Source: an uncultured Gemmatimonadota bacterium
Lineage (GTDB): Bacteria > JAAXHH01
DNA: 64,000 nt
NCBI GenBank assembly: GCA_951812955.1
Contig: OX638340.1
Location: 3,232,001-3,296,000 of the forward strand
Direction: 5' to 3'
The notes beneath the pieces are model-generated. The model was not told where the DNA came from. It made no database searches and saw only the letters and a program-made list of their open reading frames with translations. The position numbers and the translations under genes are program-made. Positions 45,757 through 54,982 of the stretch are shown piece by piece; position 1 is the stretch's first letter; the number at the start of each line of letters is the position of its first letter.

Positions 45757-45761
45757 CGAGC

Positions 45762-46238
45762 ATGAACGCCAAGCACCAGCGCCAGGGAACCATACGATCA
45801 CTTATCGAGCGGGGGCACTTCCACACGCACAAGGAGGTGATCGCAGCGTTGCGCACGGAAGGGATCGACATCAACCAGGGCACACTGTCCAAGGATTTCA
45901 AGGAACTGCATGTAATCAAGATCCGCCTCGCCGACGGTCAGTACAAGTACGTGCTGCCGCGCTATTACTCGGTAGAGACGCAGGACGAACTGGTCGAACG
46001 GGAGATCCGGGATTTCGTCGTCAGCGCGGACGACGCGATGAATCAGGTCGTCCTGCACACCTCCGCCGGTCACGCGTCGGGGGTGTGCGAGGCGATCGAC
46101 CGGGCGGAATGGCCCGAGATCATAGGCAGCGTCGCGGGTGAGAATACGATTCTCCTGGTCACCAAATCGACCGATCAGGCCGGGAAGACGCTTAAACGCA
46201 TCAAGAGTATCATGAAGGAAAAGAGGGAAGGCACATGA
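45762..46238 (+). CDS. argR: arginine repressor ArgR
   Basis: Winged-helix N-domain (RQGTIRSLIERGHFHTHKEVIAALRTEGIDINQGTLSKD) and arginine-binding C-domain. Confidence 0.9.
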   Translation: MNAKHQRQGTIRSLIERGHFHTHKEVIAALRTEGIDINQGTLSKDFKELHVIKIRLADGQYKYVLPRYYSVETQDELVEREIRDFVVSADDAMNQVVLHTSAGHASGVCEAIDRAEWPEIIGSVAGENTILLVTKSTDQAGKTLKRIKSIMKEKREGT

Positions 46239-47254
46239 TTAAACTGGGTATCATCGGCGCGACGGGATATACCGGAATGGAATTGTACCGGTTGGCGTCG
46301 CGTCATCCCGGCATCGAGGTCGTTTTCGCCACGTCGGAACAGTATACCGGGCAAAACCTCGGAGAGGTCTTTCCCCGGATCGATCCGGACCGGGACACTA
46401 CGCTGAGATCCCTGGATGAAATTGCCGCCGTACCCGCGGACGTGGTCTGTTTCTGCACGCCGGACGGGGTGGCCATGGACCGGGTCGGTGCCTTCCTGGA
46501 GCGAGGCGTGCGCGTCGTGGACGTCAGTTCCGATTTCCGGTTCGACGACCCCGATGTATACACGACCTGGTACAGCCGTCCGCACACGGCGCCGGAACTG
46601 CTCGATTCGGCGGTCTACGGGATTCCCGAATTGAACCGGGACCGCATACGGACAGCCGATCTCGTTGGCAATCCGGGCTGCTATCCCACGGGCGTGATCC
46701 TCGGACTGGCCCCGCTGCTCGAAGCGGACGCCATCGACGCCTGTCAGGTCATCGTGGACGCCAAGTCGGGCGTCAGCGGCGCCGGACGGGGCCTGAAGCT
46801 GCGCAATTTATACGTGGAAGTGAACGATAGCATCACGCCGTACAACATCGGCCACACCCACCGGCACGTAGGTGAAATCGAACAGGAATTGTCCAGGTTC
46901 TCCGACGAGCAGCCCTATGTCGTCTTTTCGCCCCACCTGACGCCCATGAGCCGGGGCATTCTGGCAACCACATACGTGCGGGTGAAGAACGGCGCGGCCA
47001 ACGGCGATCTGGCGGACCTGTACGAGCAGCGTTACAGAGGGGAACCCTTTATCAGGCTGTCCCGGTCCGGCTATCCCGAGACACGGTTCGTGACCTGGAC
47101 GAATTACTGCGATCTTCGGATCGACCGGGTGGACGGATCGGACCTGGCCATCGTCACTTCCGCCGTCGACAACCTGGTCAAAGGCGCGGCCGGCCAGGCG
47201 CTCCAGAACGTGAACGTCATGTTCGGCCGGGACGAGACGACCGGGCTGATCTAA
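46235..47254 (+). CDS. argC: N-acetyl-gamma-glutamyl-phosphate reductase
   Basis: IIGATGYTG Rossmann; catalytic GNPGCYPT motif. Confidence 0.9.
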   Translation: MIKLGIIGATGYTGMELYRLASRHPGIEVVFATSEQYTGQNLGEVFPRIDPDRDTTLRSLDEIAAVPADVVCFCTPDGVAMDRVGAFLERGVRVVDVSSDFRFDDPDVYTTWYSRPHTAPELLDSAVYGIPELNRDRIRTADLVGNPGCYPTGVILGLAPLLEADAIDACQVIVDAKSGVSGAGRGLKLRNLYVEVNDSITPYNIGHTHRHVGEIEQELSRFSDEQPYVVFSPHLTPMSRGILATTYVRVKNGAANGDLADLYEQRYRGEPFIRLSRSGYPETRFVTWTNYCDLRIDRVDGSDLAIVTSAVDNLVKGAAGQALQNVNVMFGRDETTGLI

Positions 47255-47300
47255 GGAACGACCGGGCTGATCCAGGAACGACGGGCTGATCTATGGAACG
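47234..47300. repeat. ~21-bp tandem repeat x3 (g[ag]aacgaccgggctgatct[ac][ag]) = triplicated 3' terminus of argC including stop codon
   Basis: Copy 1 is the end of argC (…ACGACCGGGCTGATCTAA); copies 2-3 follow immediately, trailed by degenerate copies. Confidence 0.8.
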
Positions 47301-47384
47301 TCGCGGCACGACGCGGTAGGACAAGAAGCGGCACGACTCGGTATGACATGAGCAAATGCAGCACTGCGATCGATTGGGATCATT

Positions 47385-48173
47385 ATGGAACGAAGCATTG
47401 TGGTTAAGCTGGGTGGCGCGACGATCGAACAGGCCGGCGTGATCGAAGAGTTGGCCGCCGACCTTCGGGGCATGCCGGACGTCTTCCCGATCATCGTCCA
47501 CGGCGGCGGCTCGGAGATCGGCCGGTACCTTGAACTACTGGGCAAGGAGTTCACCTTCGTGAAGGGACTGCGGGTGACGGACGGCGACATGGTCGAAATC
47601 GTGGAAATGGTCCTGTCCGGCAAGATCAACAAGGAACTGGTTTCGCGATTCCAGCACAACGGAGTGAACGCCCTCGGCGTTAGTGGCAAGGACATGGGCC
47701 TGCTGCGGGCGGAACGTTACCGGAAGGACGGTGTGGACATCGGTTTCGTAGGTGAGATCGTGGAGGTGAATACCGCCCTGTTCGAACTGTGCGCGTCGAA
47801 CCGCGTCACGCCGGTTGTCTCTCCCATTTCAGGGGGCACGAACGGGGAAACCTACAACGTCAACGCGGACCACGCCGCGCTGGATATCGCCCGGGCTGTC
47901 GCCTGCGAGGACGTCATCTTCATTTCGGACGTGGCCGGCATCTACCGTTCAGACGGCCGTGCGCTGAGGATGCTTACCCCGGAACTGGCCGACGCGCTGA
48001 TCGAAGCGGGCGAGATCACCGGAGGGATGATTCCCAAGGTCCACTCCGCGCTGGAATGCCTGTCGCACGGCGTCGGACGGGCCCGCATCATCGCTTGGCA
48101 CGGACCCGGGACGCTGCAGAAGGAACTGGCGTCGGCAGAGAGTGTTTTTGGTACGGTAGTTACGACTGGATAA
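47385..48173 (+). CDS. argB: acetylglutamate kinase
   Basis: VVKLGGA...HGGG... amino-acid kinase motifs. Confidence 0.9.
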   Translation: MERSIVVKLGGATIEQAGVIEELAADLRGMPDVFPIIVHGGGSEIGRYLELLGKEFTFVKGLRVTDGDMVEIVEMVLSGKINKELVSRFQHNGVNALGVSGKDMGLLRAERYRKDGVDIGFVGEIVEVNTALFELCASNRVTPVVSPISGGTNGETYNVNADHAALDIARAVACEDVIFISDVAGIYRSDGRALRMLTPELADALIEAGEITGGMIPKVHSALECLSHGVGRARIIAWHGPGTLQKELASAESVFGTVVTTG

Positions 48174-48191
48174 TCGGTAGTCGTTACTGGA
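48154..48191. repeat. 17-bp tandem repeat x2 (cggtagt[tc][ag][ct][gt]actgga) spanning argB stop codon
   Basis: The 3'-terminal 17 nt of argB are re-copied 4 nt after the TAA. Confidence 0.7.
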
Positions 48192-48226
48192 AGACGTGAA
48201 GTTACCACAGGAAGAAAGGATACAGC

Positions 48227-49420
48227 ATGACCACCGAAGAGATCATCGCCCTGGAGGAACAGTACATCGCGCCGACCTACGTGCGCCCGCCCGTCGTGTT
48301 CGACCGGGGCAGCGGCGTCTACGTCTACGATCTCGAGGGCCGGCGGTATCTCGATTTCCTCGGCGGTATCGCGGTGAATTCCCTGGGCCACGGGGTGCCC
48401 GAGGTCATCGGCGCCGTGGCCCAGCAGACCGCGAAACTGATGCACATTTCCAACCTGTACCACACCGAGCCCCACGTGAGACTCGCGAAGTTGCTCGTGG
48501 ATAATGCCTTCCCGGCCAGGGTGTTCTTCTGCAACAGCGGGTCGGAGTCTATCGAGGCGGCCCTGAAATTCACCCGCCGCTGGGCGTCCGAGGCGGGCGG
48601 GGAAGCGAAGCACGAGATCGTGACTTTCGAGAATGCCTTTCACGGCCGCACGTACGGCGCCGTCAGCGCCACGGCCCAGCCCAAGTACCACGAGGGCTTC
48701 AAGCCCATGGTACCCGGCATGGTATACCTCCCGCTCAACGAGATCGAACCCCTCGAGAAGGCGATTACGGAGGAGAAGACCGCGGCCGTCATGGTGGAAC
48801 CTGTCCAGGGCGAGGGAGGCGTCAATCCCGCGCACGTGGAATTCCTGCAGCATCTGCGCAAGTTGTGCGACGAACGCAAGGTCGCCCTGATTTTCGACGA
48901 AATACAGTGCGGGCTGTGCCGCACGGGCAAGCTCTTCGCCTACCAGCATCACGGGATCGAACCGGACGTCATGACCCTGGCCAAGCCGCTAGCCGGCGGT
49001 CTGCCCATCGGCGCGGTCATCATGAAGCCGCACATCGCCGAGGTCCTCAAGCCGGGCATGCACGGTTCCACGTTCGGTGCGAACCCGGTGGCCTGTCACG
49101 TAGCCCACGCCGTCGTCAGCAAGATGATCGAAGAGGGACTGGCCGACCGGGCCGTGGAAATGGGCGGGATGCTGACGGACGGTATAAGGGCGCTGGCCGA
49201 AACCCACGGCGACATCAAGGACGTCCGCGGCGCCGGGTTGCTGATCGGCGTGGAATTCGAGGGCAAGGTCGACGCCATCCTGGGCGCCTGCCGGGAGGCG
49301 GGCCTGATCATCGGGACGGCCGGCGAGAACGTGCTCCGCTGCGCGCCGCCTCTGGTCATTGAACAGCAGCACGTGGACGAAGCGCTGGGGATCATCGGCG
49401 GGGTACTGGACGCGCGGTGA
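48227..49420 (+). CDS. argD: acetylornithine aminotransferase (class III PLP aminotransferase)
   Basis: …FDEIQCGLCRTGKLFA… PLP-lysine region; GxSGSEAIE motif. Confidence 0.9.
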   Translation: MTTEEIIALEEQYIAPTYVRPPVVFDRGSGVYVYDLEGRRYLDFLGGIAVNSLGHGVPEVIGAVAQQTAKLMHISNLYHTEPHVRLAKLLVDNAFPARVFFCNSGSESIEAALKFTRRWASEAGGEAKHEIVTFENAFHGRTYGAVSATAQPKYHEGFKPMVPGMVYLPLNEIEPLEKAITEEKTAAVMVEPVQGEGGVNPAHVEFLQHLRKLCDERKVALIFDEIQCGLCRTGKLFAYQHHGIEPDVMTLAKPLAGGLPIGAVIMKPHIAEVLKPGMHGSTFGANPVACHVAHAVVSKMIEEGLADRAVEMGGMLTDGIRALAETHGDIKDVRGAGLLIGVEFEGKVDAILGACREAGLIIGTAGENVLRCAPPLVIEQQHVDEALGIIGGVLDAR

Positions 49421-49473
49421 GCCAGCCGCGGAGGGTTAGCGGTGCCGCGGTGAGTTGCCTTCGCCGCGGTGAG
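49411..49473. repeat. 11-bp repeat x3-4 (gccgcggtgag) = re-copied 3' terminus of argD including TGA
   Basis: cgcgcggtgag (gene end) is followed by ccgcggagg, gccgcggtgag and gccgcggtgag with short spacers. Confidence 0.7.
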
Positions 49474-49514
49474 TCACCTGCGAAGCGTAGAGCATCTAAT
49501 AGAATGGGAAAGTC

Positions 49515-50879
49515 ATGACCGACAGCCGGGACATAGCACTCAAGCAACTGATGGACGATTTCCATGCTTCGATCGACGTGGACCGCCGATTGTTTCGGGT
49601 GGACATCCGGGGCAGCATTGCCTATGCCCGGGGCCTGGTACGCATCGGTGTGCTCACCGGTGAGGAAGGCCGGACGATCGAAGATGCGCTGGCGGAGATC
49701 GAAGGTGAGATCGCGAGCGGCGCTTATGCGCTGACCCGCGATCTGGAAGACATCCACATGGCGGTGGAGAAACGCCTGATCGAGAAGGCGGGTCCGGTGG
49801 GAGGCAAGTTGCACACGGGCCGGAGCCGCAACGACCAGATCGCCACGGACGAGCGCCTCTATCTACGCGAGGTGGTGGACGACATCGCCGGGCGGATTAG
49901 AGGTTGCCAGGAAGCCCTGCTGGCGCTGGCCGAGCGCACGGTGGACGTCGTCTTCCCCGGGTACACCCACCTGCAGCAGGCGCAGCCGATCCGGTTCGCC
50001 CATTACGCGCTCTCCCTGTTTTTCGGACTTCAGCGCGACCGGGAGCGCCTGGCGGACTGCCGGAAACGGATCAACATCCTGCCCCTCGGCGCCGGAGCGA
50101 TGGCGGGCAGCGCCTTTCCCATCGACCGGGCGTTTCTGGCCGAAGAACTCGGTTTCGACGGGTTGTCGCCCAACAGCATCGACGCGGTGAGCGACAGGGA
50201 CTTCATCGCCGAATTCCTCGCCGTCTGCACGATGTTGATGATCCACATCAGCCGGGCGTGCGAGGATCTGGTCATCTGGTCATCCACGGAATTCGGATAC
50301 ATCACGCAGCATCCCCGGCTGGCGACGGGCAGCAGCATCATGCCGCAAAAGAAGAACCCGGACGCCGCCGAACTGCTCCGGGGCAAGGCCGGGCGCGTCG
50401 TGGGCGACCTGGTTTCCCTCGTCACCATGCTCAAGGGCCTGCCCCACGCGTACAACAAGGATATGCAGGAAGACAAGGAACCGCTCTTCGACGCCATCGA
50501 CACGGTGACCGTCGCGCTGACTGTCTACACTGCGATCTGGGAGACCTTGGAAGTCAGGGAGGCACGCGTAAACCGGAGCATGGACGACGCCATGCTGGCC
50601 ACGGACCTGGCGGACTTCCTGACGCGATGCGGCGTGCCCTTCCGCGAGGGGCACGGTACCGTGGCCGCGCTCGTGGACGAGGCCGCAAGCAGGGGTTGCA
50701 GCCTGCGGGATCTGCCGCTCGCTTTGTACCAGCAGTATTCGGAACACTTTGATGAAGCCGTGATCGGGCAGCTCAGGTTCGACGACAGCACCGACATGCG
50801 CGCCTTACCCGGCGGAACCGGAAGGAACTCCGTGCTGCGCCAGTTGGAACAAGCCCGCGATATCCTGGCGGGCGGATAA
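49515..50879 (+). CDS. argH: argininosuccinate lyase
   Basis: Fumarate-lyase signature region (GSSIMPQKKNPD). Confidence 0.9.
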   Translation: MTDSRDIALKQLMDDFHASIDVDRRLFRVDIRGSIAYARGLVRIGVLTGEEGRTIEDALAEIEGEIASGAYALTRDLEDIHMAVEKRLIEKAGPVGGKLHTGRSRNDQIATDERLYLREVVDDIAGRIRGCQEALLALAERTVDVVFPGYTHLQQAQPIRFAHYALSLFFGLQRDRERLADCRKRINILPLGAGAMAGSAFPIDRAFLAEELGFDGLSPNSIDAVSDRDFIAEFLAVCTMLMIHISRACEDLVIWSSTEFGYITQHPRLATGSSIMPQKKNPDAAELLRGKAGRVVGDLVSLVTMLKGLPHAYNKDMQEDKEPLFDAIDTVTVALTVYTAIWETLEVREARVNRSMDDAMLATDLADFLTRCGVPFREGHGTVAALVDEAASRGCSLRDLPLALYQQYSEHFDEAVIGQLRFDDSTDMRALPGGTGRNSVLRQLEQARDILAGG

Positions 50880-50901
50880 GCCCTGGAAGCAAAGGAGCGG
50901 G

Positions 50902-51495
50902 ATGGCCATGAATAAAAAAGACATGTCCGGGATGCCGGAGTCGAACGGTAGCGAAACAATCATCCGCCCGGCCGTGATCGGGGACGTTCCCGAAATCATG
51001 GAAATCCTCGAGCCCTACATCGAAGAGGATATCCTCCTGCCTGTGTCGGTCTACCGCCTCTTCGAGCACATCCGGTACTTCGTCGTCGGCGAACGCGATG
51101 GCCAGGTGATCGGATGCGGATCCCTCGTGATCATATGGCACGACCTGGCGGAGGTACGGTCGCTGGCCGTCCGGAGAGGCTGCCATGGCGGCGGCATCGG
51201 CGGGCGCATCGTCGATGAACTGATCGCCGAGGCGGAGGAGCTGGGTGTCGCCCGGGTCTTCGCCCTGACCTACGAGACCGGTTTTTTCGGCCGCCACGGG
51301 TTCGAGGTAGTCGACCGTGATACGCTCCCGCACAAGGTATGGAAGGACTGTACCAACTGCGCCCGTTTTACCCACTGCGACGAAATCGCCGTGGCCCGGA
51401 CGCTGATCCCCGAGGACCAGCGCGCGCCCGAACCGGCCTTGCCGGCCATGCAGCAGGATCCCACCCTGATCATGCCTTCGCCCGCCCCGCGGTAA
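50902..51495 (+). CDS. GNAT-family N-acetyltransferase (short-form N-acetylglutamate synthase candidate)
   Basis: GNAT acetyl-CoA motif RRGCHGGGIGGRIVDEL; located directly after argH. Confidence 0.55.
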   Translation: MAMNKKDMSGMPESNGSETIIRPAVIGDVPEIMEILEPYIEEDILLPVSVYRLFEHIRYFVVGERDGQVIGCGSLVIIWHDLAEVRSLAVRRGCHGGGIGGRIVDELIAEAEELGVARVFALTYETGFFGRHGFEVVDRDTLPHKVWKDCTNCARFTHCDEIAVARTLIPEDQRAPEPALPAMQQDPTLIMPSPAPR

Positions 51496-51498
51496 CCT

Positions 51499-52716
51499 GT
51501 GATTAAGCGCCAGAAAGTGAACGCGTCCGGACGGCTTCCCATGTCGAACCACGTGATCGAAGCGGCGGCACAGCTCAGGTGGTGGCTGCGGCTTCCCCCG
51601 ACCAACCTCATCGACCGGGGCGACCACGTCCGTTTCCGGTACGCCCTCTACCTGATGATCCACCAGGTCGCCACCGTGCTCTACGGCATAAACGGGCTGC
51701 CCGAAAGTATGTACTATCCCTCGCGGCTCGAGGGTGCACGAAACCGCCTGGACGGGTTGACCCGGGCGCCGGAACACGCGGGCTCAATCCTCTGGACACT
51801 GGCGACCGAACGCGATCCGGAGAAAGCGTGGGCGGCCGCGGCAGGACTGATGCGGGATACCCTGGCATTGCTGGAAGAATCAGCGGATGGGCGTGGTTCA
51901 ATGGGTTGGGAAGTCGAGGAAGGATCATTCAAGCCGGATCAGTCTCGGAATCCCGATGATCTATACGCACTGGCCGCCGAAATCGCTGAGCGGCTTCGCC
52001 TCCTCGAGAAAGCAAGCGCCGTGGCTCTGGGCGGATCCCTGGGGAGGGGTTACGCAGACCGCCAGTCGGATATCGATCTGCTCTTTTTCGGGCCGAGCAT
52101 TCCCCGTGAGGTCGATCGCCGCCGGCTGATCTCGGCCTGGCCGGACATTCAACATGGACCCCTGGTCGAACCGGCCTGCGACAGCGTGGTGCTCGATGGG
52201 GCGATGGTCCATATACGCTACTGGACCAGGCAGACCGTGGAAGACATGCTGGCGGCAATTCCCAGGCCACCGGTACAGCGGATCCTTGCAGAAGAGTTAC
52301 AGAAATGCCACGTCTTGATCGATCCGGACGGAAGGCTTCTCGCGTGGAAAGGCGTTTTGCATCACATTCCATCGGAATTGGTCACGGTTATTTACGAAGA
52401 AGCGCGGGGAAGGCTGCCCGCTTTTCGTAAGCAGTGGCAGAAGGCGCAGGAGTCCGATGACCGGATCCATCTCTACTGCCTGGCCAACCAGGCCGTGAAC
52501 GATTTCCTGATTGCGCTGTATATCCGGAATGGGCGGTTTCTGAGCACGCCCAGATGGATTCACCTTGATACGCACGCGTTCGATGTCGGTCTGCCGGAAC
52601 TGGAATGCAGATTGGCTTCGTTTGTGGACGGGATAGACGACCGGAAAGATACTGCGGCGAGATGGCGCGCGCTTGAGGTTTTGTGGGGGAAGTTGGCGAG
52701 TTTGCCGCCTTCATAG
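51499..52716 (+). CDS. nucleotidyltransferase-domain protein (Pol-beta-like NTase fold + helical C-domain)
   Basis: ALGGSLGRGYADRQSDIDLLFF is the minimal NTase GS…DxD motif. High-GC, host-like composition; this is the last host-composition gene before the AT-rich island. Confidence 0.5.
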   Translation: MIKRQKVNASGRLPMSNHVIEAAAQLRWWLRLPPTNLIDRGDHVRFRYALYLMIHQVATVLYGINGLPESMYYPSRLEGARNRLDGLTRAPEHAGSILWTLATERDPEKAWAAAAGLMRDTLALLEESADGRGSMGWEVEEGSFKPDQSRNPDDLYALAAEIAERLRLLEKASAVALGGSLGRGYADRQSDIDLLFFGPSIPREVDRRRLISAWPDIQHGPLVEPACDSVVLDGAMVHIRYWTRQTVEDMLAAIPRPPVQRILAEELQKCHVLIDPDGRLLAWKGVLHHIPSELVTVIYEEARGRLPAFRKQWQKAQESDDRIHLYCLANQAVNDFLIALYIRNGRFLSTPRWIHLDTHAFDVGLPELECRLASFVDGIDDRKDTAARWRALEVLWGKLASLPPS

Positions 52717-53471
52717 GCCTTATGGTCGTCCGTGGTTGAGATTCGAAATGCTCTGCGCACATCTCGGAAATTACATCGTCTACGCGAAGGCTGAGATACG
52801 GCTATCTAAGGCGAGTCTGCTTCTGGAACAAAATAGACTTCGAGATTCAGGTTGAGAAATCGACTAATACCAGTAAGCAAGTTCCATGTAGGTATCCGTT
52901 TGACGTGTTCGGCTCTTGCGTTTGATCCACGCGTATTGTGCATTGCTACAATCATCGATCATCGGATTGCCTCTTATCGGGGCTGGATCGAATCCACGAC
53001 ATCGATCGAAGGAGTGGATTTCATGGGATGGCTCTATGAAGCCAAAAAGAGACGGCACAGGGTAGAAGGACGTGCTGAGGGCCGGAGAGAGTGACCAGGC
53101 CTACAGGGAGTGGATCAACAGGGAACAAGAGGCTGGTATGCTTGGCACACCGAAGCAAAGTCCTCCGCCGTTTCTTGATGATAGAATCTGCGATCAGGCC
53201 AACGGCTCGGATCATTGACACGGCTGGTTTTTCGATAGTCTCGGAAATCCGGGTATTGGCCTTTGGGGGACAGGATGGTTTGGCCAGTCGGATCCCCAGG
53301 ATTATTAGTAACGAATTCGGCAATGAGTCGTTTCTACGTCTGGCTCTGAACTTGCCCTATCCGGCTCAGATGTGACTACCACGTATACTGTCCTCCCCTC
53401 ATGCGAAATCGCTCGACATCGACCCGAACCTCTTCCAGAGCCTTCGCGATTCCAACCTAAAGGATGGGGCG

Positions 53472-53627
53472 CTATAAGTATGATTTCCGTTCTATTTTGT
53501 CCAGATAGGTTTCGGTCAGCATCGACCCGTTGGTGACGATCGAGGTGGTCATCCCATATCCTTTCACCATTTCAATCAGATCCGCCAACTAGGGACAGAG
53601 CGTTTGTTCGCCACCTGCGAAACTCAT
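53472..53627 (-). pseudogene. radical-SAM enzyme fragment (MoaA/QueE-like GGE-motif region) with in-frame stop
   Basis: Minus-strand translation [45 protein letters not shown] resembles the radical-SAM FxGGEPLL…TNG region. There is no CxxxCxxC upstream, and stops flank the fragment. Confidence 0.35.
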
Positions 53628-53941
53628 TTCTTCGGTCCTTGCGTTCTGCAACGTTGCCATTAGTGGCGGCATTGTTGGCTATAGAATGGACATCTACGTA
53701 GTACGGGGTTACGGCAGTCGAGGGCACGGCTCCGTTCTTCGGTCGGAAGCAAACGAGGAACCATCTAGTCGCTATTAAGGCTGAGGTGGCATTTTCAATG
53801 GCGAGCCGACACGCGGACTGGATGAAACAGGGTCGGCGAGATTATGAATACTACATCCGTGCGGAAGCGAAATGCGCACTGGCGAACGCCGCGCAGGTCA
53901 TCGACTTCTGTGAAGGTATTCTGGCTGGACCGCTCTCGACT

Positions 53942-54257
53942 GATGGAGCGTCTCAATCGAGCGGTCCGAACGCTGGGTGACCGCCACCCCGAAATCGAAT
54001 CGATCTATCTGTCCGGCTCGTTGGCGCGGGGAGACGCTGTACCCGGCAGCGACAGCGACGCGGACCTGCTGATCTTGGTGAGTCATGCCACCGAGCCGTT
54101 TCGGGATCGACCGGTCTGTTACCACACGACGGGTATGGGCGTGGACGTCGACGTGGTGGTTTACACGCGAGAGGAACTGGACGCGCTGCTGGAGACGGAC
54201 AACGAATTCGCACGGCGGGCATTGCGTGAGGGTGTCCGGTTGTTTCCGGTTCGCTGA
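53942..54257 (+). CDS. minimal nucleotidyltransferase (MNT/antitoxin-like NTase)
   Basis: MERLNRAVRTL...IYLSGSLARGDAVPGSDSDADLLILV is the classic MNT GSxxRG…DxD motif. ATG at 53942. Confidence 0.55.
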
Positions 54258-54425
54258 AGCGACCGGATACCGTGGTCTTTCTGGCCATGGTGGCAGTAAA
54301 CGGTTCGATCTTTCGGAGTTTGGGCGTTACGCGCTTTCAATCGAGATGGCCTTCGATTACGTTATAGTCGACAAGCTGTCAGGCGTCCCCAAAGGGATAA
54401 TCGCCCTGGATCTTGGAGGCGTTCG

Positions 54426-54829
54426 ATGATTAAGAATGAAAGGCAGTATTTGATTACGAAGGCTCAGGCTGCACGGTTCGTCCGCACTCTTGAAAGCCTG
54501 GATGGCGATGACGGTGTACATGATGTCATTCATAAAGCGCAACGGGATGCCGTACGAAGCCAGATCTCGGATATGAAAGCAGAGATTTCTGAGTACGAAT
54601 CGTTGAAGGCAGGGAACTCAAACCAGATCAACTTAAAACAGTCAACGAATTACCGGTGCTGCTAATCAAAGCGAGGATCGCTCAAGGCTTAAGCCAGAAA
54701 GATCTGACCGATCGGCACGGCTTAAAGGAACAACAAATACAGCGATATGAAGCCACGGACTATGTCTCCGCCGACTACCGCGACTCAGGGAGGTCGTCGG
54801 GGCCTTGGGAATCGAAGGAAAAACAATGA
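54426..54829 (+). pseudogene. HigA-like antitoxin (N-terminal domain + XRE helix-turn-helix) disrupted by a frameshift near 54620
   Basis: Frame A gives MIKNERQYLITKAQAARFVRTLESL…AEISEYESLK and stops at 54665. Frame +2 continues with PDQLKTVNELPVLLIKARIAQGLSQKDLTDRHGLKEQQIQRYEA (an XRE HTH) to the TGA at 54829. Confidence 0.5.
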
Positions 54830-54982
54830 ATTAGAATGAAACAGTCTCCGCATCTTAGTGGCCACATCAATCAATTTAACATGTTTCAACCGGTATACAT
54901 TCACACAAATATGCAAGCCATGTATCCAATGAAACAGTAGAGCCGTGGCTACCACAGCGAGCAGCAACTAGATTTGTTTAGG

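Larger units (their letters stand above)
44030..45760. mobile_element. AT-rich 1.7-kb insert (remnant of an integrated element?) between moaC and argR
   Basis: GC drops sharply after 44026 and recovers at argR. The segment holds a tRNA-derived fragment, a consensus promoter, hairpins and orphan short ORFs, but no integrase. Confidence 0.35.

Noticed and set aside
53786-53980. A 64-aa ORF overlapping the MNT start as a HEPN toxin partner.
   Set aside because: It is too short for a HEPN domain and has no Rx4-6H motif. It is probably a remnant or a spurious ORF.
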